A DNA stretch of 64,000 bases from Bryobacteraceae bacterium (GTDB lineage Bacteria > Acidobacteriota > Terriglobia > Bryobacterales > Bryobacteraceae): NCBI GenBank assembly GCA_963844855.1, contig CAWJQP010000080.1, positions 536,562 to 600,561 on the forward strand. Reading direction: 5' to 3'. The notes below the pieces were generated by a model. The model was given only the letters and a program-made list of their open reading frames with translations. It was not told the origin of the DNA and searched no databases. This document shows positions 21,669-31,448 of this stretch, in pieces (position 1 is the first letter of the stretch; the number at the start of each line of letters is the position of its first letter). Both the position numbers and the translations under genes were made by a program.

Positions 21669-23313
21669 GTAACAGTGGTACTGGTCCTAGAATATCATGC
21701 GAATCTGGAAGAAGTCTATCGGGATTGGGAGTATGGTTTTCACGTGGCCTTCTATGGGGCCAGGACACTCAGGTCACAGGGGAGCCGAATCAAGGCTCAT
21801 GTCCGATTTTTATCAAGCGATCTTTTGGAAGGACGGGGAGTCGGTACGCGCGGCGGACAGCTAACCGAGGAATACATCGCAGCGCAATTGGCGGCGCTCG
21901 GCGCTCGGCCAGCCGGGGAGAACGGAACCTACTTTCAGAAAGTGCCGATGATTGGCGTGCAAACAGCAGCCGGTATCGCAATTCGAAGTCATTAAAGACG
22001 GAAAACCCGTGAGCTTCAAGTGGCAGGACGAGTTCGTCGGGACGACGCACAAGCAGCAGCCGGAGACAAAGTTCCAGGCCGAGGCGATTTTCGTCGGGCA
22101 TGGCATCGTCAGCCGCCAGGAAGAGTGGGATGACTACAAAGGCGTAGACGTCAAAGGCAAACTCGTCGTGCTTTTTACGAATGAGCCCCAGCCAGAGAAT
22201 CCCCAAATATTTAAGGGCCGCACGCTGACCTACGCCGGACGCTGGGTGTACAAGTTTGAGGAGGCGGCCCGGCAAGGCGCTCTTGGGTGCGTGATTATCC
22301 ATACGACTCCAACCGCAGGTTACGGTTGGGAAGTCGTGCGCAACTCGTGGAGCAAGGAAGACCCGCAGATGCTCCTCGAACCGGGAAATTCACCCCTGAC
22401 CTTCGCCGGGTGGTTAACGCAGGATGCTGGCGAGAAACTGCTCGCCCTGTCAGGACACTCCGTCGCAAGCCTGCTTCAGGCGGCGGACTCGAGGGATTTC
22501 AAGCCAATTCCTCTCGGCGTCAGTTTTCGTGGGAATCTGAAGTCGAACATCCGCAAGATCGAGAGCCGCAATGTTCTCGGAGTGATTCCGGGAAGCGATC
22601 CGAAACTGCGTGAAGAGTATGTGCTCTTCAGCGCCCATTGGGATCACCTGGGTATCGCCCTGCCCGTAAATGGCGATTCAATCTATAACGGAGCCATCGA
22701 CAACGCTACGGGAGTGGGTGTAGTTCTCGAAACAGCACGTGTTTTCAGCGCTTTACGCCAGAAACCGAGGCGCTCGACCCTGTTCGCGTTCTGGACTGCC
22801 GAAGAAAGCGGCTTGCGGGGAGCTGAATACTATTCGCACCATCCGCTTTTCCCTCCCGCTAAGACGGCGGTAAACATCAATTACGACGCGCTGTTTCCGT
22901 CTTCGCGCACACGCGACGTCGTTCTGACGGGCGCCGAGCGCACCTCGGTTTGGCCAACGGTACAGGAGACGGCCCAACGGTATCAGCTCAGTGTCGCTCC
23001 GGACCCGCGTCCCGAGCAGGGAAGCTACTACCGCTCCGACAACTTCATGCTCGCGAAAATTGGTGTCCCGGCCTTCCGCGTAGCTCCCGGCAACCAAATC
23101 TACGGCAAGCCTGATGATTTTGCCGCGGCCGAGTTCACCGAGTACAACACCAAGCGCTACCACCAGCCGAGCGACGAATTTCGCGAAGATTGGGACTTCG
23201 CCAGTCTGGAGCATGCTGGCCGCTTCGGATTCACTCTCGGGCTGAATATTGGCAATCAGGAGCCGCTGCCGCGCTGGAATCCGGGTGATGAATTTGTAGT
23301 CTCCGGCCGGTAG
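21624..23313 (+). pseudogene. M28 family peptidase with PA domain, N-terminal frameshift near 21960-21995
   Basis: ORF 21952-23313 has M28 zinc-ligand blocks HWDHLG, DNATGVGVV, FWTAEESGLRG. The N-terminal region (RIKAHVRFLSSDLLEGRGVGTRGG...) is in another frame (21624-21995). The signal peptide is not cleanly recovered. Confidence 0.65.
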
Positions 23314-23385
23314 GCGCGATCCGGTTTAGCAGAAAGCATTACGGCCTCGTCGTAACACGCGTCGAAAAAAAAACGTCTCTACTAC

Positions 23386-24609
23386 GTGGCCGAAATTAAG
23401 TACTTCATTTGCTGTACTGCTCTCGTGCTCACGGGTTGCGGCAGTAATGATAAAACACAGGCCGCTTCCCGTAAGGGTCCCAGCGAGACAACTGTAATCG
23501 TAGCTTCTGTTGAAAAGAAGTCAGTTCCGCTCGAACTCCGGGCAATCGGAAACGTGGAAGCGTTCTCGACTGTTGAGGTAAAGTCCCAGATCAACGGGCC
23601 GATTGCCCGCATGCTCTTTGAGGAAGGTCAGGACGTCCAAGAGGGACAAGTGCTCTTCGAGATTGACCCTCGTCCGCTTCAGCAGACCGTCCGCGAGATG
23701 GAGGCGGAAGTCGCAAGTCGCCGCGCGGCGCTGGCTCAGGCCGAAGCGAACCTAGAGCGCGATCAGGCGCAGGCGAAAAATTCGAGATCGCAGGCGGGAC
23801 GCTCTGACGAGTTAACGAAACAGGGCATCATTGCGCGCGAGCAGAACGATCAATTTCAGACGCTTGCCCTGGCTGCCGATAAAGCTGTGGCCGCTACGCG
23901 CGCATCCATCGAGAGCGCTAAGGCGGCGATCCAAGGAGCCGAGGCCAAGCTAGGTGAGGCGCGCTTGCAACTCAACTACGCCACAATACGGGCGCCCATC
24001 AGCGGCCGGGCCGGCACGGTAAGCCGAAAGACCGGCAACATCGTATCGGCCAATGGCGATGCTCTCGTTATCATTAACCAGCTATCCCCTGTTTATGCCT
24101 CGTTTACGGTTCCGGAACAATCGCTTCCAGAGTTGCGCAGATACGCGGCAGGCGGCAAGCTTCGAGTGCATGCCATGCCCCAAGGCGCAGTCTCCGCAGC
24201 GGACGGAGCCGAAGGCGTTCTCGACTTTTTGGACAACACTGTCGACACGGCAAGCGGAACCATCCTTCTTAAAGCGAAGTTCCCGAACAAGAACCGGCAG
24301 TTGTGGCCGGGACAATTTGTAAACGTAAGCGTCCGTCTAGCGAATCCCACCGAAACCGTCGTGCCTTCGTCCGCCGTCCGCACTGCGCAGCAGGGCAGCT
24401 ACGTTTTTGTCGTAAAGCCCGACTCGACTGCCGAACAGAGGACGATCGAGACCGCCAGAAGCTTCGACGAACTCACCGTGGTGCAAAGCGGCCTGAAACC
24501 CGGAGAAAAGGTTATCGTGGAAGGACAGTTGCGAGTGAAGCCCGGCTCGAAAGTCAGGATCCAGCAACCCAAAGGCGAAGCCGACCGTGCCCGTACGAAT
24601 TCCGATTAG
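23386..24609 (+). CDS. efflux RND transporter periplasmic adaptor subunit (lipoprotein)
   Basis: Lipobox LVLTGCGS; biotinyl-lipoyl / beta-barrel / coiled-coil hairpin arrangement typical of the HlyD/AcrA family. It is 15 bp upstream of the RND pump. Confidence 0.8.
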   Translation: MAEIKYFICCTALVLTGCGSNDKTQAASRKGPSETTVIVASVEKKSVPLELRAIGNVEAFSTVEVKSQINGPIARMLFEEGQDVQEGQVLFEIDPRPLQQTVREMEAEVASRRAALAQAEANLERDQAQAKNSRSQAGRSDELTKQGIIAREQNDQFQTLALAADKAVAATRASIESAKAAIQGAEAKLGEARLQLNYATIRAPISGRAGTVSRKTGNIVSANGDALVIINQLSPVYASFTVPEQSLPELRRYAAGGKLRVHAMPQGAVSAADGAEGVLDFLDNTVDTASGTILLKAKFPNKNRQLWPGQFVNVSVRLANPTETVVPSSAVRTAQQGSYVFVVKPDSTAEQRTIETARSFDELTVVQSGLKPGEKVIVEGQLRVKPGSKVRIQQPKGEADRARTNSD

Positions 24610-24624
24610 TCCCTGCAGGTTTAT

Positions 24625-27600
24625 ATGAACGTGACAGAGTTTTTTATCCGGCGGTCGATCACCACAACGCTATTAATGGCGGCGATCAGCATTTTCGGAG
24701 GAATCGCCTACTTTGGATTGCCAGTCAGCGATCTGCCGGCGGTAGATTTCCCGACGATTTCGGTTAGCGTTAGCCAGCCCGGGGCCAGTCCCGAGACGAT
24801 GGCAAACACCGTGGCGACTCCCCTCGAACGCGAGTTTACGTCACTGCAAGGGATCTCAACGATTAACTCGACCAGTAGCGTCGGGTCGACTAGAATTACG
24901 CTGCAATTCGACCTCTCCCGAAACATCGACGCCGCGGCCCAAGATGTTCAGGCGGCCATTTCGGCAGCGAGCCGCGATCTACCCCAGAACCTGCCTCGTC
25001 CGCCTTCTTTCCGCAAGAGCAACCCGGCCGACTCCCCCATCATTTTCCTCGGTGTGAGTTCGGCGACGCTGCCGCTCTCGCAGGTCGACGAGTACGCTCA
25101 GGTGAATATCGCGCAGCGTATCTCTACCGTCAACGGTGTTTCTCAGGTCGACGTTTTCGGTTCCCAGAAGTATGCGGTTCGTGTTCAATTGGACCCCGAC
25201 GCGCTCGCGTCGAGGGGAATCGGCATCGATGATGTTCGCACCGCCTTGTCGCAGGGGAATTCGAATTTGCCCGGTGGTACGTTGAACGGCGCGACCAAAT
25301 CCTACACCATCGAAACAACCGGGCAATTGACGTCGGCCGCTCAATTCCGGCCGCTGATTGTCACCTACCGAAACGGACGCCCGGTTCGGCTCGAAGAAAT
25401 TGCGCGAGTCACGGACAGCGTCGAAAATGTCCGCAGCGCTAGCTGGTTCAATGGAGAACGATCCGTTCTCCTGGCGGTTCAACGCCAACCCGGGACGAAC
25501 ACCGTCGACATCGTCGACGGCATCAAGGCCATGCTGCCACGACTGCAACAGCAGATGCCGGCGGGTATGGAGCTCGGGATCCTGTTTGACCGTGCACAGC
25601 CCATCCGTGAATCGATTCACGATGTCAAGTTAACGTTGCTAATAGCGATAGGGCTCGTTGTCGCGGTAATCTTCGCCTTCTTGCGCAACCCGTCCGCCAC
25701 AGTGATTCCGAGTCTTGCTGTTCCGATCTCCATCCTCGGCACTTTCGCAGTAATGGATCAATTGGGATACACGCTCGACAACTTGTCAGCGATGGCCTTA
25801 ACGTTATCAGTCGGATTCGTTGTCGACGATGCGATCGTCGTGCTTGAAAACATTGTCAGACATCGAGAGATGGGCAAGGGAAGAATGCAGGCGGCGATCG
25901 ACGGATCGAAGGAAATCACTTTCACGATCATTTCGATGACGGTGTCGCTAGTTGCCGTATTCATACCAGTCCTGTTCATGGGTGGAATCGTCGGGCGATT
26001 GTTGCGCGAATTTGCCGTTGTCATATCGGTAGCGATTCTGGTCTCCGGTGTTGTATCGCTCACCCTGACACCGATGCTTGGCAGCCGCTTCCTGCGGCAC
26101 AAAAGCGGCGAGAAACATGGACCAGTGTTTCAGTGGTCGGAACGCCAGTTCGACCGAGTTCTCCACTTCTACGAGCGATCTCTGCATGGAGTTATGCGCT
26201 GGAAGCTCGCCACACTTCTGTTTTCCTTTGTCCTGCTCGGCGTTACCGGCTGGCTGTTCGTGAAAATTCCAAAGGGCTTCTTTCCGACTGAGGACACAGG
26301 GTTGCTGACGGCGAGTACGGAGGGCGCGGAGGACACTTCATTCGAGCAGATGGTAGGGTACCAACAGCAAGTCGCTGCAATCGTGGCAAAGAACCCACAC
26401 GTCGCGGCGCTCCAGTCATCGGTAGGCGGCGGAGGTGGCGGAGGTGGCAGCAGTTCAGGCAACACCGGCCGTATGTTCATTCGCTTGGCAGATCGGTCGA
26501 CGCGGCCGCATGCTGACGTAGTTGTCCAGCAGTTGCGTCGTGAACTCGCGAGCGTCATCGGCGTGAATACGTTCATACAGATTCCGCCCGCGATTCGCGT
26601 CGGCGGCGGAATGAGTAAGAGCCTGTATCAGTTCACACTGCAGGATACCGATCTGAAGACGCTCTACGATTGGGCTCCGAAAGTGGAGGCTAGCCTGGCA
26701 CGCGTTCCGGGCCTGCAAGACGTCACATCCGACTTGCGCATCGCCAGCCCGCAGTTGACGGTTGAGATCGATCGAGATAAATCAAGGACCCTTGGTGTCA
26801 CAGCAGCCGATATCGAGAACACTCTTTACAACGCTTACGGTCAGCGCCAAGTGTCGACTATTTACACGGCCAGCAATCAGTATTACGTGATTATGGAAGT
26901 GTTACCGCAGTATCAGCGTGACCCTCGCGCGCTTTCCAAGCTCTATATTCGAAGCAATCGGGCTCCAACCATCGATGGAGCATCGACGCTGGTACCTCTC
27001 GACGCGGTTGCCAAGCTGCGCCAGGAAGTTGCGCCCGTGCAAGTGGCGCACTTCGGCCAATTGCCCGCTGTGACGATCTCGTTCAACTTAGCGCCTGGAG
27101 TTTCCATCGGCCAGGCGGTAGACCGGATCGACGAGATGATGCGCGACATCAATGTTCCTGCGTCTCTGACCACGACGTTTCAAGGTACGGCGCAGGCATT
27201 CCAGGAATCCCTTCGCAATACCTGGGTCCTCCTGGGCGTAGCGATCCTCGTCATCTATCTTGTGCTCGGCGTTTTGTACGAGAGCTACATCCATCCGATT
27301 ACGATCTTATCGGGATTACCATCAGCCGCTCTTGGCGCGTTGCTTACGCTGATGATCTTTGATATCGACCTGAACATCTACGCCATCGTCGGTATTCTGC
27401 TTCTGATCGGTATCGTCAAGAAGAATGCGATCATGATGATCGACTTCGCGCTGGAAGCGCAACGCAATGAGGGTAAAGCTCCGGCCGATGCGATCTTCCA
27501 GGGCGCAATCCTGCGATTCCGGCCAATCATGATGACGACGTTGGCCGCTGTCTTCAGCACGCTGCCCATTGCCCTGGGACTAGGCGCCGGCGCAGATTCG

Positions 27601-27792
27601 CGAAAACCGCTTGGACTAGCGGTTGTTGGCGGCCTGCTGGTTTCTCAGCTTGTCACTCTGTATCTGACGCCGGTGGTGTATGTCTATCTGGAGAAGGTGC
27701 ACGATAAGGTGCAGTCATCGAAAGACAAGCGCAAAGCCGCTAAGCGTCGTCGTGAGATTGAACTAGAGCAGCCGGAACCCGTACATCAATAA
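24625..27792 (+). CDS. efflux RND transporter permease subunit (AcrB/HAE1-like)
   Basis: 1055 aa with 12 predicted TM helices and two large periplasmic loops. Conserved blocks ALTLSVGFVVDDAIVVLENI and ILLLIGIVKKNAIMMIDFA. Contains an unusual GGGGGGGGSSSG insertion at 26410-26460. Confidence 0.85.
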   Translation: MNVTEFFIRRSITTTLLMAAISIFGGIAYFGLPVSDLPAVDFPTISVSVSQPGASPETMANTVATPLEREFTSLQGISTINSTSSVGSTRITLQFDLSRNIDAAAQDVQAAISAASRDLPQNLPRPPSFRKSNPADSPIIFLGVSSATLPLSQVDEYAQVNIAQRISTVNGVSQVDVFGSQKYAVRVQLDPDALASRGIGIDDVRTALSQGNSNLPGGTLNGATKSYTIETTGQLTSAAQFRPLIVTYRNGRPVRLEEIARVTDSVENVRSASWFNGERSVLLAVQRQPGTNTVDIVDGIKAMLPRLQQQMPAGMELGILFDRAQPIRESIHDVKLTLLIAIGLVVAVIFAFLRNPSATVIPSLAVPISILGTFAVMDQLGYTLDNLSAMALTLSVGFVVDDAIVVLENIVRHREMGKGRMQAAIDGSKEITFTIISMTVSLVAVFIPVLFMGGIVGRLLREFAVVISVAILVSGVVSLTLTPMLGSRFLRHKSGEKHGPVFQWSERQFDRVLHFYERSLHGVMRWKLATLLFSFVLLGVTGWLFVKIPKGFFPTEDTGLLTASTEGAEDTSFEQMVGYQQQVAAIVAKNPHVAALQSSVGGGGGGGGSSSGNTGRMFIRLADRSTRPHADVVVQQLRRELASVIGVNTFIQIPPAIRVGGGMSKSLYQFTLQDTDLKTLYDWAPKVEASLARVPGLQDVTSDLRIASPQLTVEIDRDKSRTLGVTAADIENTLYNAYGQRQVSTIYTASNQYYVIMEVLPQYQRDPRALSKLYIRSNRAPTIDGASTLVPLDAVAKLRQEVAPVQVAHFGQLPAVTISFNLAPGVSIGQAVDRIDEMMRDINVPASLTTTFQGTAQAFQESLRNTWVLLGVAILVIYLVLGVLYESYIHPITILSGLPSAALGALLTLMIFDIDLNIYAIVGILLLIGIVKKNAIMMIDFALEAQRNEGKAPADAIFQGAILRFRPIMMTTLAAVFSTLPIALGLGAGADSRKPLGLAVVGGLLVSQLVTLYLTPVVYVYLEKVHDKVQSSKDKRKAAKRRREIELEQPEPVHQ

Positions 27793-27820
27793 AATTCCGT
27801 GGTGCGAATTTAGTTGTTTT

Positions 27821-27850
27821 TGTGGGGCGGCCAATCTTGGCCGCCCCACA
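27821..27850. terminator. GC-rich perfect hairpin downstream of the RND pump (putative intrinsic terminator)
   Basis: TGTGGGGCGGCCA-ATCT-TGGCCGCCCCACA: 13-bp stem, 4-nt loop, flanked by a T-rich tract (ttgttttt) on the 5' side. Confidence 0.45.
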
Positions 27851-27919
27851 ACATGTTTGGTTACGGGGCAACTTACAAAACCAGTGGCATAGGACTGCTA
27901 AGCTGATAGGCTCCTCCGC

Positions 27920-30631
27920 ATGGGCTCAGTCTCTCTCGCTCCGGTCCTGACTCCGCACGGCCGTCTCGTCTTAGCCCAGCAGGCCGACGCGCAAAGCCTT
28001 GATGCAATGCTGGCTGGACGCTTGCGTGATGCTTTCGATCGCGGCTCGGGCCATGGTCTTCTCTGGCTCGGAGCGAATGAAGCCGGGACAGCGCTTCCTC
28101 CCGTTTACTCCTACTGGCGAGAATTCGGCGCACGGTACGTGACGACCCTCTGCACACAACCGGATCTCGATGTGCAGCGAGAGAAAGCGCGCGTCCCACG
28201 CCCGCCGGACGAAGAGTTGGACTGGATGGTCCTGGGCGCTCCCCCCATGGTTGGCGCCGAGTATCTGACGGCGGCGGTCCTCGACGCTTTGTGGCGGGAA
28301 CTGGACGCGGCCCTCGAGGTGGAGCTGTCCGAATCCAAATGTGGAATACAGGAGTTTCTCAAGCGTCGGAACCCGGCGTGGAACCTGGTGGGCCGCGTCC
28401 ACTTCAATGTTGCCGAGAACCGGAAGGATGCCGAGGCGCCGTTTGCCTTTCTCGCAACTTATACGACGCGGTTGTCCACGCAGGCTAAAGCCCAGCATCT
28501 ACCGCTAGGTCAGGCTCTCCGCGAGTATGCAGGGGCGGCCAACAAAGACCGTCTTTTGTCGTTGCTGCTTCCCGTACAGCGAGCAACACAAAGTTGCCCG
28601 TGGTTGAAAGCGATGGTCGATCGAGGGGAGATTTTTCATCCGCTGCGCTGGACGCCTGACGAAGCTATCCAGCTTTTGCGAGACATCCCGCAACTGGAGA
28701 CCGCGGGGGTGATGGTCCGCATGCCCGCGGTATGGCGGGGCAATCGCCCACCGCGGCCGCGCGTGACGGGCACGGTTGGTGGCAAGGCTCCCTCGGGACT
28801 CGGCCAGGACGCGCTTCTCGATTTCCAGATGGAAGTGACGCTTGACGGTGAACGGCTCACCGCCGATGAGATCAGTGCGTTATTGGCTAAATCTGACGGT
28901 CTCGCGCTGGTACGAGGGCGCTGGGTGGAGATCAATCGGGAACAACTGAGCCGGATGATCGAACGCTTCCGCGAAGTCGAACGTACGGCGGCTGCGAATG
29001 GTCTTGGTTTCGGGGAGGCCATGCGGATGCTCGCCGGAGCCGATGTCGCTGCCGATGATACCGCCGCCGCGGCAGCCCACACCGACTGGGCCCAAGTTGT
29101 CGCAGGCCCCTGGCTCGCGGAGACGCTGAAAGGGCTGCGCAGCCCGGAGGGATTAGCGCAAGTCGATCCTGGCGCCGCGCTGAAGGGGACGTTGCGGCCC
29201 TATCAGCAGGTGGGCGTTCGCTGGCTTTATCTTCTCGCCAGGCTCGGTTTCGGGGCGTGCCTGGCCGATGACATGGGATTGGGCAAGACCATTCAGGTGC
29301 TTTCACTGCTGCTCGTTCTAAAGCGCCAAACCAACGGTAAACAGGAGCCAAGCCTGCTCGTGGCTCCCGCTTCTTTGCTCGCCAACTGGGGGTCAGAGAT
29401 CGAACGGTTTGCACCAGGGCTGAATGCGCTGATCGCCCATCCATCCGCGCTTCCGGCGGCCGATCTCAAGACGCTTCCACCTGAGCGGCTACGGAATGTG
29501 GATCTCGTGATTACCAGCTACGGCTCACTGCTTCGCCTTCCATGGATCGCGGAGCGCTCCTGGAGGCTAATTGTGCTGGACGAAGCGCAGGCCATCAAGA
29601 ATCCGGGCGCCAAACAGACCCGGACCGTGAAAAAACTCAGCGCTAGCGCGAAATTGGCCCTCACCGGCACGCCTGTAGAGAACCGGCTGGGAGATCTTTG
29701 GTCTATTTTTGACTTCATCAATCCGGGGCTGCTGGGATCGCCGAAGGAATTCACGAGCTTCACCAAACGCCTTGCGGAGAGGTCCCATGGTTCCTACGGC
29801 CCTCTGCGTGAACTCGTGCGGCCGTACATTCTGCGCCGGCTGAAGACCGACAAGACGGTCATCGCAGACCTGCCGGACAAAACCGAAATCAAAGCATTCT
29901 GCCAGCTCAGCCGCCAACAGGCCGCTCTCTACGAACAGGCGGTGCGGGAACTGTCTCAACAGCTCGCGGAGACGGAGGGGATACAGCGCAAAGGCTTGGT
30001 GTTGGCGTTCTTGATGCGGTTCAAGCAGATCTGTAATCATCCTTCGCAATGGCTGGGAGACGGAGCGTGGAGCGAAGACGATAGTGGCAAATTTGCGCGT
30101 TTGCGCGAGATTGCCGAGGTGGTCGCAGCCAAGCAGGAAAAGATGCTGGTCTTCAGCCAGTTCCGCGAGGTGACGGCGCCCCTGGCCGCTTTCCTTGGCT
30201 CGGTCTTCGGAGGGCCTGGTCTGGTGCTGCATGGAGAGACCGAGGTAAAAAAGCGCAAGGAATTAGTGCGCCGCTTTCAAGAAGACGAAGCGGAGCGGTT
30301 CTTCGTGCTTTCGCTCAAGGCTGGAGGCACTGGCCTGAACCTGACGGCGGCCTCCCATGTCGTGCACTTCGACCGATGGTGGAACCCGGCGGTGGAGAAT
30401 CAGGCCACAGACCGCGCCTTCCGGATCGGCCAGACCAGGAATGTGCTTGTGCACAAGTTCGTGTGTCGGGGTACTGTAGAAGAGAAAATCGACCAGCTCA
30501 TGGACTCGAAGAGCCAGCTTTCGAGGGATTTGCTGGAAGGTGGCGCCGACCTGCTCCTGACGGAGCTGAAAGACGAGGAGTTGCTAAGGCTGGTGGCGCT
30601 CGATATCAACAAGGCGTTAAAGGAGTCGTGA
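27920..30631 (+). CDS. SNF2-family helicase (HelZ-like) with a ~430-aa N-terminal domain of unknown function
   Basis: Motif I LADDMGLGKTIQ, DEAH-like VLDEAQAIKN, C-terminal helicase motifs HFDRWWNPAVENQATDRAFRIGQ. Intact 903-aa ORF. Confidence 0.85.
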   Translation: MGSVSLAPVLTPHGRLVLAQQADAQSLDAMLAGRLRDAFDRGSGHGLLWLGANEAGTALPPVYSYWREFGARYVTTLCTQPDLDVQREKARVPRPPDEELDWMVLGAPPMVGAEYLTAAVLDALWRELDAALEVELSESKCGIQEFLKRRNPAWNLVGRVHFNVAENRKDAEAPFAFLATYTTRLSTQAKAQHLPLGQALREYAGAANKDRLLSLLLPVQRATQSCPWLKAMVDRGEIFHPLRWTPDEAIQLLRDIPQLETAGVMVRMPAVWRGNRPPRPRVTGTVGGKAPSGLGQDALLDFQMEVTLDGERLTADEISALLAKSDGLALVRGRWVEINREQLSRMIERFREVERTAAANGLGFGEAMRMLAGADVAADDTAAAAAHTDWAQVVAGPWLAETLKGLRSPEGLAQVDPGAALKGTLRPYQQVGVRWLYLLARLGFGACLADDMGLGKTIQVLSLLLVLKRQTNGKQEPSLLVAPASLLANWGSEIERFAPGLNALIAHPSALPAADLKTLPPERLRNVDLVITSYGSLLRLPWIAERSWRLIVLDEAQAIKNPGAKQTRTVKKLSASAKLALTGTPVENRLGDLWSIFDFINPGLLGSPKEFTSFTKRLAERSHGSYGPLRELVRPYILRRLKTDKTVIADLPDKTEIKAFCQLSRQQAALYEQAVRELSQQLAETEGIQRKGLVLAFLMRFKQICNHPSQWLGDGAWSEDDSGKFARLREIAEVVAAKQEKMLVFSQFREVTAPLAAFLGSVFGGPGLVLHGETEVKKRKELVRRFQEDEAERFFVLSLKAGGTGLNLTAASHVVHFDRWWNPAVENQATDRAFRIGQTRNVLVHKFVCRGTVEEKIDQLMDSKSQLSRDLLEGGADLLLTELKDEELLRLVALDINKALKES

Positions 30632-30634
30632 TCG

Positions 30635-31426
30635 ATGGCGGATTACTGGGGATGGAAGTCCTACACTCCCGTGGCAGAACGGCAACGGAAAGCAGCCAGA
30701 GAGATGGAGAAGCGCAAGAAGCAAGGGCAGGCCATCTCGCCGGTGATCATCGAAGGACGCGCCATCGTCAAGACCTTCTGGGGCAAAGCCTGGTGCGACA
30801 ATCTCGAGCAGTACAGCGACTTTGCCAACCGGTTGCCGCGCGGGCGGACCTATGTGCGAAACGGTTCGGTAATCGATCTTCAGATCGCTCCTGGCACGAT
30901 CCATGCTCTGGTCAGCGGCTCGGAGATTTACAAAGTCGCGGTGAAAGTTACTCCGGTCACCAAGAGTCGCTGGAAATCTATCTGTGCGGACTGCGCGGGC
31001 GCGATTGATTCGCTCGTCGAGCTTCTCCAGGGACGGTTTTCCAAGGGTGTCATGGAACGGATTTGCATGCAGAACACTGGCCTGTTCCCGTCGCCCAAGG
31101 AGATCAAGCTTTCGTGCACTTGCCCGGACTGGGCAGATATGTGCAAGCATGTGGCGGCGGTGCTCTATGCCATCGGCGCCCGACTCGACCTGCAACCCGA
31201 ACTCCTCTTCCGGCTGCATGAGGTGGACCAAGAGGAACTCATCGCCAAGGTTGGTAACACTCTGCCGCTGGCCAAGGAGGGACCGGCTGCATCGAAGATC
31301 CTGGGCAGTGAAGATCTTTCCGGTATGTTTGGCTTGGACATGGCTCAAGGGACTTCTGCCGAGGCAGGCCTGTCCGCTGTTACAGAGGCGAAGCCGAGGC
31401 GTCGAAAAGCGCGGGCCGGCCAGTAA
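30635..31426 (+). CDS. SWIM zinc-finger domain protein
   Basis: CTCPDWADMCKHVAAVLYAIG is the CxCx(n)CxH SWIM signature. It starts 4 bp after the helicase stop, so the pair is likely co-transcribed. Confidence 0.8.
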   Translation: MADYWGWKSYTPVAERQRKAAREMEKRKKQGQAISPVIIEGRAIVKTFWGKAWCDNLEQYSDFANRLPRGRTYVRNGSVIDLQIAPGTIHALVSGSEIYKVAVKVTPVTKSRWKSICADCAGAIDSLVELLQGRFSKGVMERICMQNTGLFPSPKEIKLSCTCPDWADMCKHVAAVLYAIGARLDLQPELLFRLHEVDQEELIAKVGNTLPLAKEGPAASKILGSEDLSGMFGLDMAQGTSAEAGLSAVTEAKPRRRKARAGQ

Positions 31427-31430
31427 AAAA

Positions 31431-31448
31431 GGGCGGCAGATGCCGCCC
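31431..31448. terminator. bidirectional intrinsic terminator between the convergent SWIM and SPFH genes
   Basis: GGGCGGC-AGAT-GCCGCCC hairpin flanked by AAAAAA (31425-31430) and TATCGAATTTT. This gives a U-tract after the hairpin for both orientations. It sits exactly between the two stop codons. Confidence 0.55.

Noticed and set aside
23340-23385. A9 homopolymer (gtcgaaaaaaaaacgtc) upstream of the RND adaptor gene
   Set aside because: No adjacent stem-loop, so not a terminator. Probably just an AT-rich promoter/UTR tract, and itself a likely indel hotspot.
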